Of a stretch of 64,000 nucleotides of DNA, positions 29,664 to 38,484 are shown piece after piece. The number at the start of each line of letters is the position of its first letter. Positions within the stretch are counted from its first letter, which is position 1. Made by a program: the position numbers and the translations under genes. The notes under the pieces were generated by a model that worked only from the letters and a program-made list of their open reading frames with translations, was not told where the DNA came from and searched no databases. The DNA lies in IMG/VR virus record IMGVR_UViG_3300021964_009390, positions 158,462-222,461 of that record; one strand, given 5' to 3'.

Positions 29664-29834
29664 ATGAACAAACACAGATTTGAAAGTCTGTACAAAGAGC
29701 TTGAAAACTCTATGATTGGTTACGAGGTGAATGGTAACCCCATGCAAAGAACATACACACTACGCAATATAGCGTACTACTTGCTAAAAAAACATACCAC
29801 CTCGATAGAAAATCAAACTACAGAGCATAAATAA
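29664..29834 (+). CDS. 56-aa late ORF not in the ORF track
   Basis: MNKHRFESLYKELENSMIGYEVNG...EHK*; CATAAATA at 29637-29644 and AGGA upstream. Confidence 0.5.
   Translation: MNKHRFESLYKELENSMIGYEVNGNPMQRTYTLRNIAYYLLKKHTTSIENQTTEHK
29827..29834 (+). promoter_or_regulatory. Late promoter of the 29839 gene
   Basis: CATAAATA, ATG 5 nt downstream. Confidence 0.65.
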
Positions 29835-29838
29835 CCGT

Positions 29839-30672
29839 ATGACACGTGTAAACACTCTAAACGAAATTGCAGACATTTATTTTAACAACAAAGTTATAGA
29901 AGAGAAACATCATGACCAGACTGTTGGTAATCATAAACCCGGTCAGGAATTAGAAGATGAAAAGAAAGCTAGCAAAGCTCCCGCAAAAGACACCGGACCA
30001 GAAGCAGCAGAAAATTATGACAGCAAAGTGAACGAAGCCGGTGGAGGTGGAGAAAGAGATGAAAAAAATCATTATTCAGCCGGGAAAACTGCAAATGAGA
30101 GTATAAATAATCGGGACATGAGCAAGAAAAAAAGCATTTTTGATAAATTATACGAGGACGTTCTCGGCGGAGACGATGACGAATTAGAAATGGGCGGGTT
30201 TGACGATTTCGGAGGGGATGATGAATCAGACGACGATTTCGGAGGTGATGACGAAGTTACATTGACATTACCCAAAGACCTGGCCGAAAAATTACACGAC
30301 ATGCTGAGCGACCAGCTAGGCGGAGACGACATCGAAGACATTGAAGATACAGAAGACATGGACGAGCTTGACGAGTATTCACACGGAGGTGATGATGAAG
30401 AGGAAGACGTGATGCAAGAAGCACCAGACGCTCAAGAAATTGGCCATGCAGTAGTATCAGATCTGGATCGCGGAAACTTGAAGGGTAAAAACAACAAAGT
30501 TTCTGGAAGTGGCCCAGCGCACAAAAGAGGTGGAGGATCTGGAGGAGATGGAAAACTCAAAGGAGGTAATCCAGAACCAACCGAACTCGGTGACCACACA
30601 GCAACTCTAACAGGGAAAAGCAACAAAGTTTCCGGTAAAGTCCATGGTAAAGGACAAGAGCTGATGGATTAA
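29839..30672 (+). CDS. Highly acidic late protein, prohead core/scaffold-like
   Basis: 277 aa, Asp/Glu/Gly-rich with many L/I/V-x-E sites; late motif 5 nt upstream; followed by a terminator. Confidence 0.55.
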   Translation: MTRVNTLNEIADIYFNNKVIEEKHHDQTVGNHKPGQELEDEKKASKAPAKDTGPEAAENYDSKVNEAGGGGERDEKNHYSAGKTANESINNRDMSKKKSIFDKLYEDVLGGDDDELEMGGFDDFGGDDESDDDFGGDDEVTLTLPKDLAEKLHDMLSDQLGGDDIEDIEDTEDMDELDEYSHGGDDEEEDVMQEAPDAQEIGHAVVSDLDRGNLKGKNNKVSGSGPAHKRGGGSGGDGKLKGGNPEPTELGDHTATLTGKSNKVSGKVHGKGQELMD

Positions 30673-30696
30673 ATTTAAACCAACCAAATTACAATT

Positions 30697-30726
30697 AAAA
30701 AGCTGTACAATTGTACAGCTTTTTTT
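30697..30726 (+). terminator. Intrinsic terminator (perfect 28-bp palindrome)
   Basis: AAAAAGCTGTACAATTGTACAGCTTTTT followed by further T, just after the 29839-30672 stop. Confidence 0.8.
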
Positions 30727-31676
30727 ATGGATGTTTTGGATATATACCAATAACTATAAATGTGACATTTCTACAAACACCTGATGCTAGAGATTTCTCG
30801 CTGGACCCTACATTTGTAGAATTCAGCAAAGATGATAATGTAGACGTAGCAGTTGTTGGGAACGGTGGTAGCATCACTGGGTTGAGTGAGACTGATATAA
30901 ACACAATAAACAATTGCCGTTTGTTCAGATGCAATTGGGCGTTCAAAGACCCAAGTAAAATTAAAAAGCAATACACATTATATTTCTCACAAGCATATGG
31001 TGCCGCCACTCATGGTATCAGCAGCGAATCGCACCTGGCAGAACAAGTGGACTCATGCATCAACGATGGTACGATGACCGTGTATCGTTACTGGATAGAC
31101 ATACTGTACAACGAGAACCCTTTATGTACATTTGTGAGTCCGAATGGAGTACCAGTGTGGCCCACCACCGGTATACAGATGTTAATGTTCGCAGCGTTTC
31201 AAGTAAACGCACCCGCGGTTCATATTGCTGGTATTGATTTATACTCACATGCTCGACCTGCGCATCAGATGTCCAAACAAGAAACAATGGAATATTTGAA
31301 AAAACATGGCAAACCGTTCAGTGACAGCCGTGATGGTAGCTGTGGTATAACATTACAACGAGTTAATTTAACCTACACAACACCAAGTGACTGGCTATCC
31401 CGGTTGAAACAGTCACACATGACATATCATTTTTTACATGTTGATATTATGTTAATGATGATATGCTTTTACCGTTTACACACCACAAAAACTCGTACAT
31501 ATATATATGAAAGCAAAGTCGTGGAGAAAATACAACAAATCGCCATGGACAATATCGACATGTTGCATGATTATGTGACGAGTTCTTCTAGTTTGGATCT
31601 GGACATAAACAAAAAAAATTGCTATCGTATGTGGAGACTGGTGAACCAAACAGCAAATGACATGTACAATGTATAA
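30711..31676 (+). CDS. Sialyltransferase-fold glycosyltransferase (GT42/GT29-like)
   Basis: VAVVGNGGS...LFRCN...PTTG...IAGIDLY matches the order and spacing of CstII-type motifs GNGPS / FRCN / TSG / SGIDFY. True start uncertain (GTG 30762 possible). Confidence 0.6.
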   Translation: MYSFFYGCFGYIPITINVTFLQTPDARDFSLDPTFVEFSKDDNVDVAVVGNGGSITGLSETDINTINNCRLFRCNWAFKDPSKIKKQYTLYFSQAYGAATHGISSESHLAEQVDSCINDGTMTVYRYWIDILYNENPLCTFVSPNGVPVWPTTGIQMLMFAAFQVNAPAVHIAGIDLYSHARPAHQMSKQETMEYLKKHGKPFSDSRDGSCGITLQRVNLTYTTPSDWLSRLKQSHMTYHFLHVDIMLMMICFYRLHTTKTRTYIYESKVVEKIQQIAMDNIDMLHDYVTSSSSLDLDINKKNCYRMWRLVNQTANDMYNV

Positions 31677-31679
31677 ATA
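31672..31679 (+). promoter_or_regulatory. Late promoter of gp3
   Basis: Perfect TATAAATA, ATG 6 nt downstream. Confidence 0.8.
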
Positions 31680-31684
31680 CTTAC

Positions 31685-32260
31685 ATGAGCGAATTGAAAA
31701 AAGAAGTGCGGCAGTCATTCTTAAACAAAGCACGTACAGACAAGTTTAGAGTAAACGTACCACTCCCCACAATATTACGTAATAAAGACACCAGAATAAC
31801 TAGATCCACAGAATTTGTAGACAAAGACTCTATAAATTTCAGCATATACGCGATCAACATACCTACAATAGCTGTGGAGTCGGTGGATGTGAAATTTGGA
31901 GGGCAAACTCCGCGAACAAGCTCATTCACCAGAACACCATTTGAACCGGTGGAAGTGAAATATGTTGTGGATAATTGGTACGCCAACTATTGGTTGTTGT
32001 ATACATGGTTGAACTTGATTCATGATGAAAAAACTGGTCTTGTGAATGTGGACCGTTTGTCTAGTCAATCGTTAGACGACTACACCAGTGACATCAGAGT
32101 TTCCGGTATTGACGAGTACAACAATAACAAGATCGAGTACGTTTTCACCAGCTGTGTACCAACAGAGCTGGGAGGTATCAATTATAATTATCAAGAAACA
32201 AACGAGGTGGAAAGCACATTCAAGTTTAGATTTCACCAAATGCAAATAAAAATAGTCTAA
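31685..32260 (+). CDS. gp3: Tail tube terminator/completion protein gp3-like
   Basis: NIPTI, F..V.V.YVVD..YANYWLLYTWL, SDI, F..C.PT.LGGI; tube-fold protein before the sheath gene. Confidence 0.65.
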   Translation: MSELKKEVRQSFLNKARTDKFRVNVPLPTILRNKDTRITRSTEFVDKDSINFSIYAINIPTIAVESVDVKFGGQTPRTSSFTRTPFEPVEVKYVVDNWYANYWLLYTWLNLIHDEKTGLVNVDRLSSQSLDDYTSDIRVSGIDEYNNNKIEYVFTSCVPTELGGINYNYQETNEVESTFKFRFHQMQIKIV

Positions 32261-32286
32261 TTTGCGAAAAAATTGATCCGAAACAG

Positions 32287-32314
32287 ACTAAATACTTAGG
32301 AAGGAAAATTTATT
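32287..32314 (+). promoter_or_regulatory. Late promoter plus Shine-Dalgarno leader of gp18
   Basis: ACTAAATA (32287-32294), then AGGAAGGA and a ~20-nt leader. Confidence 0.7.
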
Positions 32315-35005
32315 ATGGCAAGAACAATACAATCCCCTGGTGTAGAAATCAATGAAGTAGACTTAAGCTCACGTACTGTGTTCCCGGTAGGTACCAATGT
32401 ACATATACAAGGCTTTTCAGCCAATGGTCCCACGGACGAGACGTTGAGCGTAAGTACATTTGCAGAATTCGAGCTCATTTATGGTGCTCCAACAAATGCT
32501 GCAGAAAGATATTTTTATCATACCGTCAAATCGGCATTCAACAGTCCGGCTAACATAATGGTCAGCCGCTTACCTTATGGTAACGACCGTGGAGACGGGT
32601 TCGAAGACGAGCTTTACAGCGCGTTGGTGTTCCCGGTGAGTGGTGATGACTACTTAGCAGACCCGGTCAGCGGCTCCGCTCTAGTAGACAAAGACATCGA
32701 CACTGCTACTGATGCAGATGGTTATAAACTAGCTAGTGGTGCTACAAAAGCCGATGGCTTAACTCCATACGACGCCGGCAAAAACGTGTATGACAATGGA
32801 TATACAGACACAACAGCACCTGACGGTACAGTTACACAAACCGCTATGGAAGCTGCTATTGTTGCTGGTGCTTTTGAACTGGCCGGTGACACACTAGCAA
32901 GTGTGAGCGACAGCACACACTTGAAATTCGGAGCTCCGTTGAGAATCGATTTGTTACCTGTAGAGTATCAAGCGCTGAAGAACGGTGAGATCGAATTTGT
33001 AGACAACTGTCTGGTACCATTAGACTCAGAAGGTGCGATTGACACCGGTGCTGAAATCATGGGCAAAATAGCCCCAGGTGGCTCGGCTCCAACCGACACA
33101 TACGCAAACGAAGTGTTGAAGTTCGGTCCAACATACACCGGTACAACACCTCGTTCCACAACCACCAATTTGGATGACTTCAAAAAAGCCATCAAATACG
33201 CTGGTATGGTATTGGTGAACAAGGCACAGACAAGTGTCAACACATATTTCGAAGGCTATTACATCGCTTTCGGTGACAACGCGCAGTTCGCAATCGCGGA
33301 CGGATCCGCTGGAAACGACACATTTAGTGCGATCGAAGGGGTGAAAACTTTTGGTAAAACTGGTCAATACTTTGACATACCGGAAGCACGACTCAACTTC
33401 AGCACCACAGCACATACAGTGACTGGTGCCCAAGGTAGCATGAGTGAAGTGTTTGAGAACATTCCATCATTTGACATCGCTACAAACGAGAACAAAGACA
33501 CGTTGGGTATAGGTGTTTTCAAATTGCGTAAGAGTATATACGCTACAGACACAACCATGTTGGACTACACATTGGATGAAGCACATGTGGGTAGTCTTGA
33601 TGCGTATCGTCAAATCGCTAACATCAACGGTGGTAAACCTAAGAGTTTCTATTTGGAGACTCTAGAAACATCCAGCACGTTGTTGTCAGTGTATGTTAAC
33701 AAACAAATCTCTGAAAAGACCGGTACATTCTTGACTGACACGACCAATCCAAACATTCCAAACACGAAAATAAGCTTCCATTCTGAAGCTCAAAAATATG
33801 CTTGGGGTATCGGAACATATCAAGAAGAAACACCCGGTAGCAGCAAGAAAAGTATCGGTAGCATCGTTCAAAAGATAGAGCGTAATTTTGAAAAATTGCA
33901 AAATCTTGACGAGTATGACATCGATGTGACTCTTGATGCTGGATTGAGCACCATCAACACGTACGTGCAGTACAAGCAAGAGGAGCTCAAAAACACATCC
34001 GGTAGCGGATACACTAGAACTACTGAAGATTCACAAATCGCAGTGGCTTATGATGATGAGCTTGTGTTGGACATCAGTGGTCTGCAAAGCAACACAATTG
34101 GTGCAAGCACCGGTGATGCTTCAAGCTGGACATTGAGTGACGGTACTGCTGCATGGGGAGGTCAAGAAGCGATCAATGCATGGAAGGCAGTGACAAATTC
34201 ATTTATCGTATTCGCACAAAATCGTAGAAAAGATCACATGACGATCATCGATCCGTTGAGATACATATTTGTACAAGGTAAAAACGGTATAACCATGAAG
34301 GACAGTTCCAAGAACTTCAGTCAACATGTGTTCTATCCGTTGAAACACTTGTTAGGTACAACAAACACCAACTACGCTGCATGTTATGGAAACTGGGTCA
34401 AGCAATATGACGCTATGACAGACAAAGATTTCTGGGCACCAAACAGTGGTTTGATTGGAGCTGCATTCGCGAGAAACGATCAGCAGTATCAACCATGGTT
34501 TGCACCAGCTGGTTTCACTAGAGGTTTGATCACCAACGCGTTGGACATGGCGATACGCCCAAATCAGAAGCAACGTGATCAATTCTACAAGATCAGTCTG
34601 AACCCGATAGCGTTCTTCCCTGGGGATGGATTCGTGATCTTTGGTCAGAAAACATTGCAGTCCAAGCCCAGTGCGTTCGACAGAATCAATGTACGTAGAA
34701 TGTTCTTGTATTGTGAAAAAGCGGTACGTAGAACGGTCAAGTACCTGGTGTTTGAACCAAACGATTTCACGACTCGGACAACAGTGTTATCATTGTTGAA
34801 TCCAATATTCCAACGAGTCAAATCCACTCGAGGCCTGTTCGACTACTTGATAGTATGTGACGAGCGTAACAACCCTCCAGCTGTGATAGACGGTAACGAA
34901 CTGGTGGTTGATATATACATTAAACCCACACGAGCTGCAGAATTCATCTTGGTGAACTTCTTTGCGACTCGTACAGATCAAAACTTCTCAGAGTTGATTG
35001 GATAA
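32315..35005 (+). CDS. gp18: Tail sheath protein gp18
   Basis: SPGVEINEVDLS, WFAPAGFTRG, FGQKTL, FDRINVRRMFL, FEPND, IKPTRAAEFI.VNF. 896 aa, longer than T4 gp18. Confidence 0.96.
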   Translation: MARTIQSPGVEINEVDLSSRTVFPVGTNVHIQGFSANGPTDETLSVSTFAEFELIYGAPTNAAERYFYHTVKSAFNSPANIMVSRLPYGNDRGDGFEDELYSALVFPVSGDDYLADPVSGSALVDKDIDTATDADGYKLASGATKADGLTPYDAGKNVYDNGYTDTTAPDGTVTQTAMEAAIVAGAFELAGDTLASVSDSTHLKFGAPLRIDLLPVEYQALKNGEIEFVDNCLVPLDSEGAIDTGAEIMGKIAPGGSAPTDTYANEVLKFGPTYTGTTPRSTTTNLDDFKKAIKYAGMVLVNKAQTSVNTYFEGYYIAFGDNAQFAIADGSAGNDTFSAIEGVKTFGKTGQYFDIPEARLNFSTTAHTVTGAQGSMSEVFENIPSFDIATNENKDTLGIGVFKLRKSIYATDTTMLDYTLDEAHVGSLDAYRQIANINGGKPKSFYLETLETSSTLLSVYVNKQISEKTGTFLTDTTNPNIPNTKISFHSEAQKYAWGIGTYQEETPGSSKKSIGSIVQKIERNFEKLQNLDEYDIDVTLDAGLSTINTYVQYKQEELKNTSGSGYTRTTEDSQIAVAYDDELVLDISGLQSNTIGASTGDASSWTLSDGTAAWGGQEAINAWKAVTNSFIVFAQNRRKDHMTIIDPLRYIFVQGKNGITMKDSSKNFSQHVFYPLKHLLGTTNTNYAACYGNWVKQYDAMTDKDFWAPNSGLIGAAFARNDQQYQPWFAPAGFTRGLITNALDMAIRPNQKQRDQFYKISLNPIAFFPGDGFVIFGQKTLQSKPSAFDRINVRRMFLYCEKAVRRTVKYLVFEPNDFTTRTTVLSLLNPIFQRVKSTRGLFDYLIVCDERNNPPAVIDGNELVVDIYIKPTRAAEFILVNFFATRTDQNFSELIG

Positions 35006-35016
35006 TAGAGTATTAG

Positions 35017-35042
35017 ACTAAATATTTTAGGAGAAACAAATT
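35017..35042 (+). promoter_or_regulatory. Late promoter plus Shine-Dalgarno leader of gp19
   Basis: ACTAAATA (35017-35024), then AGGAG and an ~18-nt leader. Confidence 0.7.
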
Positions 35043-35714
35043 ATGGCAGATCTAGAAAATTATAACATAGAGAAATTCTACACGGCATTAATCAACCGTG
35101 AGATGGCGAGACAACATCAGTTTCGTATCACTCACATCGAGCCCGGCTTCGCCCCTGACGTGGTAGAAGGAATAGACGATATTGAAACCAAATTGTATGT
35201 ACAGAGCACCACATTACCTGGTCGTTCTATCACAAACAACGCGATCAATTATCATGGTATTGACTTCAACTTACCTGGCAACGCCAAGTACACAGGAAGT
35301 GACAGCTGGAGCGTGACATTCAGAATGGATCAGAACCTCAACATCCGCCGGATGTTTGAAGACTGGTCATTCGCGATATTCAACGACCGGAAAGCCAGTG
35401 GTAGTGTCACTCGTAGCAACGAGTCGTACATGACCATGACACAATTTGACCAACAAGGTGATTTCACCTCACAATACACATTCTGGGGCATCTACCCAGT
35501 CACAGTAGGTGAGTTGAGTTACGACATTGGAACAGATGGTGCACCAGTCACAATGGATGTAAGCTTTGCATATCATTACTGGAGCAGAGTCAACAGAACC
35601 AACCGTGAGATTACTGAGAGCCCAGCCAAAAACGCTGAAACATCATCAGATGATTCAGAAAAAGTGGTGGCTGACGGACTTGGTGGTCAAGCTGGAGGTT
35701 TTGACGCAGCGTAA
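35043..35714 (+). CDS. gp19: Tail tube protein gp19
   Basis: TTLPGR, LPGNAKY..W.VTF, FEDWS, GIYPVTVGELSYD, VSFAYHYW; follows the sheath gene. Confidence 0.88.
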   Translation: MADLENYNIEKFYTALINREMARQHQFRITHIEPGFAPDVVEGIDDIETKLYVQSTTLPGRSITNNAINYHGIDFNLPGNAKYTGSDSWSVTFRMDQNLNIRRMFEDWSFAIFNDRKASGSVTRSNESYMTMTQFDQQGDFTSQYTFWGIYPVTVGELSYDIGTDGAPVTMDVSFAYHYWSRVNRTNREITESPAKNAETSSDDSEKVVADGLGGQAGGFDAA

Positions 35715-35737
35715 GTTTCTCAACACACAAGTGTTAC

Positions 35738-35768
35738 AAAAAGACCGGACACCGTCCGGTCTTTTTTT
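35738..35768 (+). terminator. Intrinsic terminator after gp19
   Basis: AAAAAGACCGGAC-ACC-GTCCGGTCTTTTTTT. Confidence 0.9.
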
Positions 35769-35794
35769 GTGTTGTTGTGGAAACGGTACATATG

Positions 35795-35802
35795 AATAAA
35801 TA
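35795..35802 (+). promoter_or_regulatory. Late promoter of the 35808 gene
   Basis: AATAAATA, GTG 6 nt downstream. Confidence 0.6.
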
Positions 35803-35807
35803 TTATT

Positions 35808-36650
35808 GTGGCAGATCATATAAAATTTCCAGCTAGTCCTTCGTCAGAGGCGAGCGAAGGAGAACGTCGGTTTGATGAATTTGAAAAATACTTATTCTTC
35901 AATTGGAGCACCACATTGGCGCGTCCAAACATGTGGTATGTACTCATACAAGACATACCGTTTGGCTTAGAATTGATGAACGATCAAAACATAGTGAACA
36001 GAGAAGGCCCTAATCAATACACACAACTAGACGAAAATCAATTGAATTTGTTTAACGCTATGAAAGAGCGGGTAGGTTGCATGTTGATACATGGGGTAAC
36101 CTTACCAGAACTGAGCAATGATGCATCTAGAGAAGCCCCTAGAATGGGTGGTTATTACGGTGGTTTGTTGAGCAACTTAGTAAGTGAACAAGCACAGTTC
36201 ACATTAGAATTTAGAGAGACACAAAGCTCTGTTGTGGATTTTGTAATTCGACCATGGATTGAACTTGTGAGCCGGAGCGGGTTGATCGCCCGGAAGCGTG
36301 GTGATGAGAGAAATGTAAAATGTAAAATTACCATAGTAAAACTAGGTATCGCCGGGGCTGGTACAGATCCAATCCGGAGGAAAATATGGGAGTTTTACAA
36401 CGTGGTACCAACTAGTGTGGCTAACCATCGACTAACACACGAGGGTACATGGAGTGCAACTGACATGTACATGCCTACAAACTGGACGTATTCTCACTAC
36501 GATGTAACTGATGTAACTTTTGACAATGTGAGCGAGCTGTACAAGTCACACATACAAAGTGACGCGATGCCCCCAGGTTCAGCAGCTAAATTCGCGGATA
36601 GGGTCGGAGCACAAGGTGCCCCGGCTGCACCATGGAGCCAAAACATATAG
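35808..36650 (+). CDS. Second tube-fold protein (gp54/gp19-like tube initiator)
   Basis: VTLP, FTLEFRET, FV.RPW.E, W.FYNVVPTSV, WTYSHY. Confidence 0.6.
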   Translation: MADHIKFPASPSSEASEGERRFDEFEKYLFFNWSTTLARPNMWYVLIQDIPFGLELMNDQNIVNREGPNQYTQLDENQLNLFNAMKERVGCMLIHGVTLPELSNDASREAPRMGGYYGGLLSNLVSEQAQFTLEFRETQSSVVDFVIRPWIELVSRSGLIARKRGDERNVKCKITIVKLGIAGAGTDPIRRKIWEFYNVVPTSVANHRLTHEGTWSATDMYMPTNWTYSHYDVTDVTFDNVSELYKSHIQSDAMPPGSAAKFADRVGAQGAPAAPWSQNI

Positions 36651-36674
36651 TATTTGATTTAGACAACCCGCGCA

Positions 36675-36682
36675 TGTAAATA
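36675..36682 (+). promoter_or_regulatory. Late promoter of gp26-like gene
   Basis: TGTAAATA, GTG 6 nt downstream. Confidence 0.55.
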
Positions 36683-36687
36683 ATGGT

Positions 36688-37605
36688 GTGAATTGGTCTA
36701 TTCCAGTGTATGTCCCATATCTAGACAGTGTAGTAAAGTATCATCCGTATACCAACCGTAATCAGGAACATATAATAAAATACTGTGGCTCTGAAGATAA
36801 AATAGGGCTGTTACAATACTTCAAGCAGATGTTAAGAGAGTTGTGTGTAGATAAAAAACTTGAACCTGACACACTCCCGGTGATAGACCAGGTTATGATG
36901 TTGTTGCGGTTGAGATCCATGTGTTCCGGTCATGAATTAAAATTAATCATCCCAGATGAAGATAAAAAAGACACACAACAATTGCCACCAGAACCTGATA
37001 ATGACGATCCCCCACCTATAACAAGGGGAGATGATCCGGACCAACCGGAAAAACCGTTGGGTATCACTTACAATGTGTCATTATTGAAAATACAACAGTC
37101 AATACACGAGAACTACCACCCACCTGTGACTATAGGTGATCCAGCATCTGTTGAGATTGTACTACACTACCCCATTAGTTGGTCGACTGTAACGTTTGTA
37201 GATTATATACACAGTATTACTGTTAACAATAACACCATAAGCAATACAAAAACAACCAAACACGAAATAAACCAGTTGATAGATCATTTGCCTATAGATA
37301 TATTGAATGATTGTAAAAAGGTACAGCAACTCTTAGAAAAAAGTATAGGTAACATGGTGTTTGTAGAGACATTAGATGGTCAAGACAACATATACATGGA
37401 TCATGAATATTATATTGACATGCTGATGACCATCTACGGTGAAGAATACCCACATTTTGTCGAGATGATGTATGTTTTTGTAAAAATGATACACATGCCT
37501 TTGTCGGATGTGATGAGTTTGACCCCGATAGATACACAAATGTATTATAAAGCGTTTGAAAAAGAAAATGAAGAACGTGAAAGAGCACGAAAACGTAACA
37601 ATTAA
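36688..37605 (+). CDS. gp26: Baseplate hub gp26-like protein with C-terminal gp51-like segment
   Basis: V.YHPY, L...DQVMMLLRLRSMCSG (gp26-type); the C-terminus PLSDVMSLTPIDTQMYY...ENE resembles gp51. Confidence 0.6.
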   Translation: MNWSIPVYVPYLDSVVKYHPYTNRNQEHIIKYCGSEDKIGLLQYFKQMLRELCVDKKLEPDTLPVIDQVMMLLRLRSMCSGHELKLIIPDEDKKDTQQLPPEPDNDDPPPITRGDDPDQPEKPLGITYNVSLLKIQQSIHENYHPPVTIGDPASVEIVLHYPISWSTVTFVDYIHSITVNNNTISNTKTTKHEINQLIDHLPIDILNDCKKVQQLLEKSIGNMVFVETLDGQDNIYMDHEYYIDMLMTIYGEEYPHFVEMMYVFVKMIHMPLSDVMSLTPIDTQMYYKAFEKENEERERARKRNN

Positions 37606-37641
37606 GGTTGAAAAATATCAACACATGAATAAATTATATAG

Positions 37642-38454
37642 ATGAGTAATAACGAGAATTTCCAACAGGTCTTAAAAGACTTGCAACAAAAAAACAACGA
37701 GCGAGTTTTAAACATCTGGATACCGAGTCTCACTAGGGGTGTAAAATTTAAACACTTGACGTTGAGTCAGCAAAAACAATTAATAAAAAGCTCTGTTAGA
37801 GAGAACTTACTCAAACTAGATTTTTCTAGAAACATATACAGCATACTCAAAGACAATTTAATTGACAACGATGTAGATATTGATAATTTAAACATCATAG
37901 ACATGATATGTATAGGCCTCGCGTACCGCGCGGCAGATATAGGTAAAGATTACGGGTTTTACTTAGAAGATAATTTGTACCCGGTAGATTTAGATGAAAT
38001 AGTCAAGAAAACACGTACTATTGACTATAAACCGGTCTTGAAAACGGAAAAAATTGTAGCTGATAACTATCATGTCACAATAAATGTACCAACTATTGTT
38101 GTGGATAAGCAAATGAATGACTATCTTTTTGAAAAGTATAAAAATATACCAGATGACACAGAGTCTATAAAGGACATGTTAGCAGATGTGTATATATGTG
38201 AGGCAGCTAAATATATTACTGAGATGGACATAGTATCTCCCGGCGACGACCCAAATTCACCACCTGTTCATGTAGATTTTAAAGAATTTTCTGCCGCGCA
38301 ACGTTTGCAGATAATAGAACAAATACCATTGACGGTACTCAATCAATTGGTGAGTGTATCAGACCGTGTACAACAAATAGAATCGGAACTATTGGATGTA
38401 CCAGTAGGTGATGAGACGGCAACTATAGAGATCAACTCAGCCTTCTTTACATAA
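37642..38454 (+). CDS. Second gp26-like baseplate hub protein
   Basis: IPSL...VKFKHLT..QQKQL, NLNIIDM..I.L.YRA..IG. Confidence 0.6.
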   Translation: MSNNENFQQVLKDLQQKNNERVLNIWIPSLTRGVKFKHLTLSQQKQLIKSSVRENLLKLDFSRNIYSILKDNLIDNDVDIDNLNIIDMICIGLAYRAADIGKDYGFYLEDNLYPVDLDEIVKKTRTIDYKPVLKTEKIVADNYHVTINVPTIVVDKQMNDYLFEKYKNIPDDTESIKDMLADVYICEAAKYITEMDIVSPGDDPNSPPVHVDFKEFSAAQRLQIIEQIPLTVLNQLVSVSDRVQQIESELLDVPVGDETATIEINSAFFT

Positions 38455-38464
38455 CATGTATCGG

Positions 38465-38472
38465 CATAAATA
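38465..38472 (+). promoter_or_regulatory. Late promoter of the tape-measure-like gene
   Basis: CATAAATA, ATG 13 nt downstream. Confidence 0.65.
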
Positions 38473-38484
38473 ATAGTGTAATTT

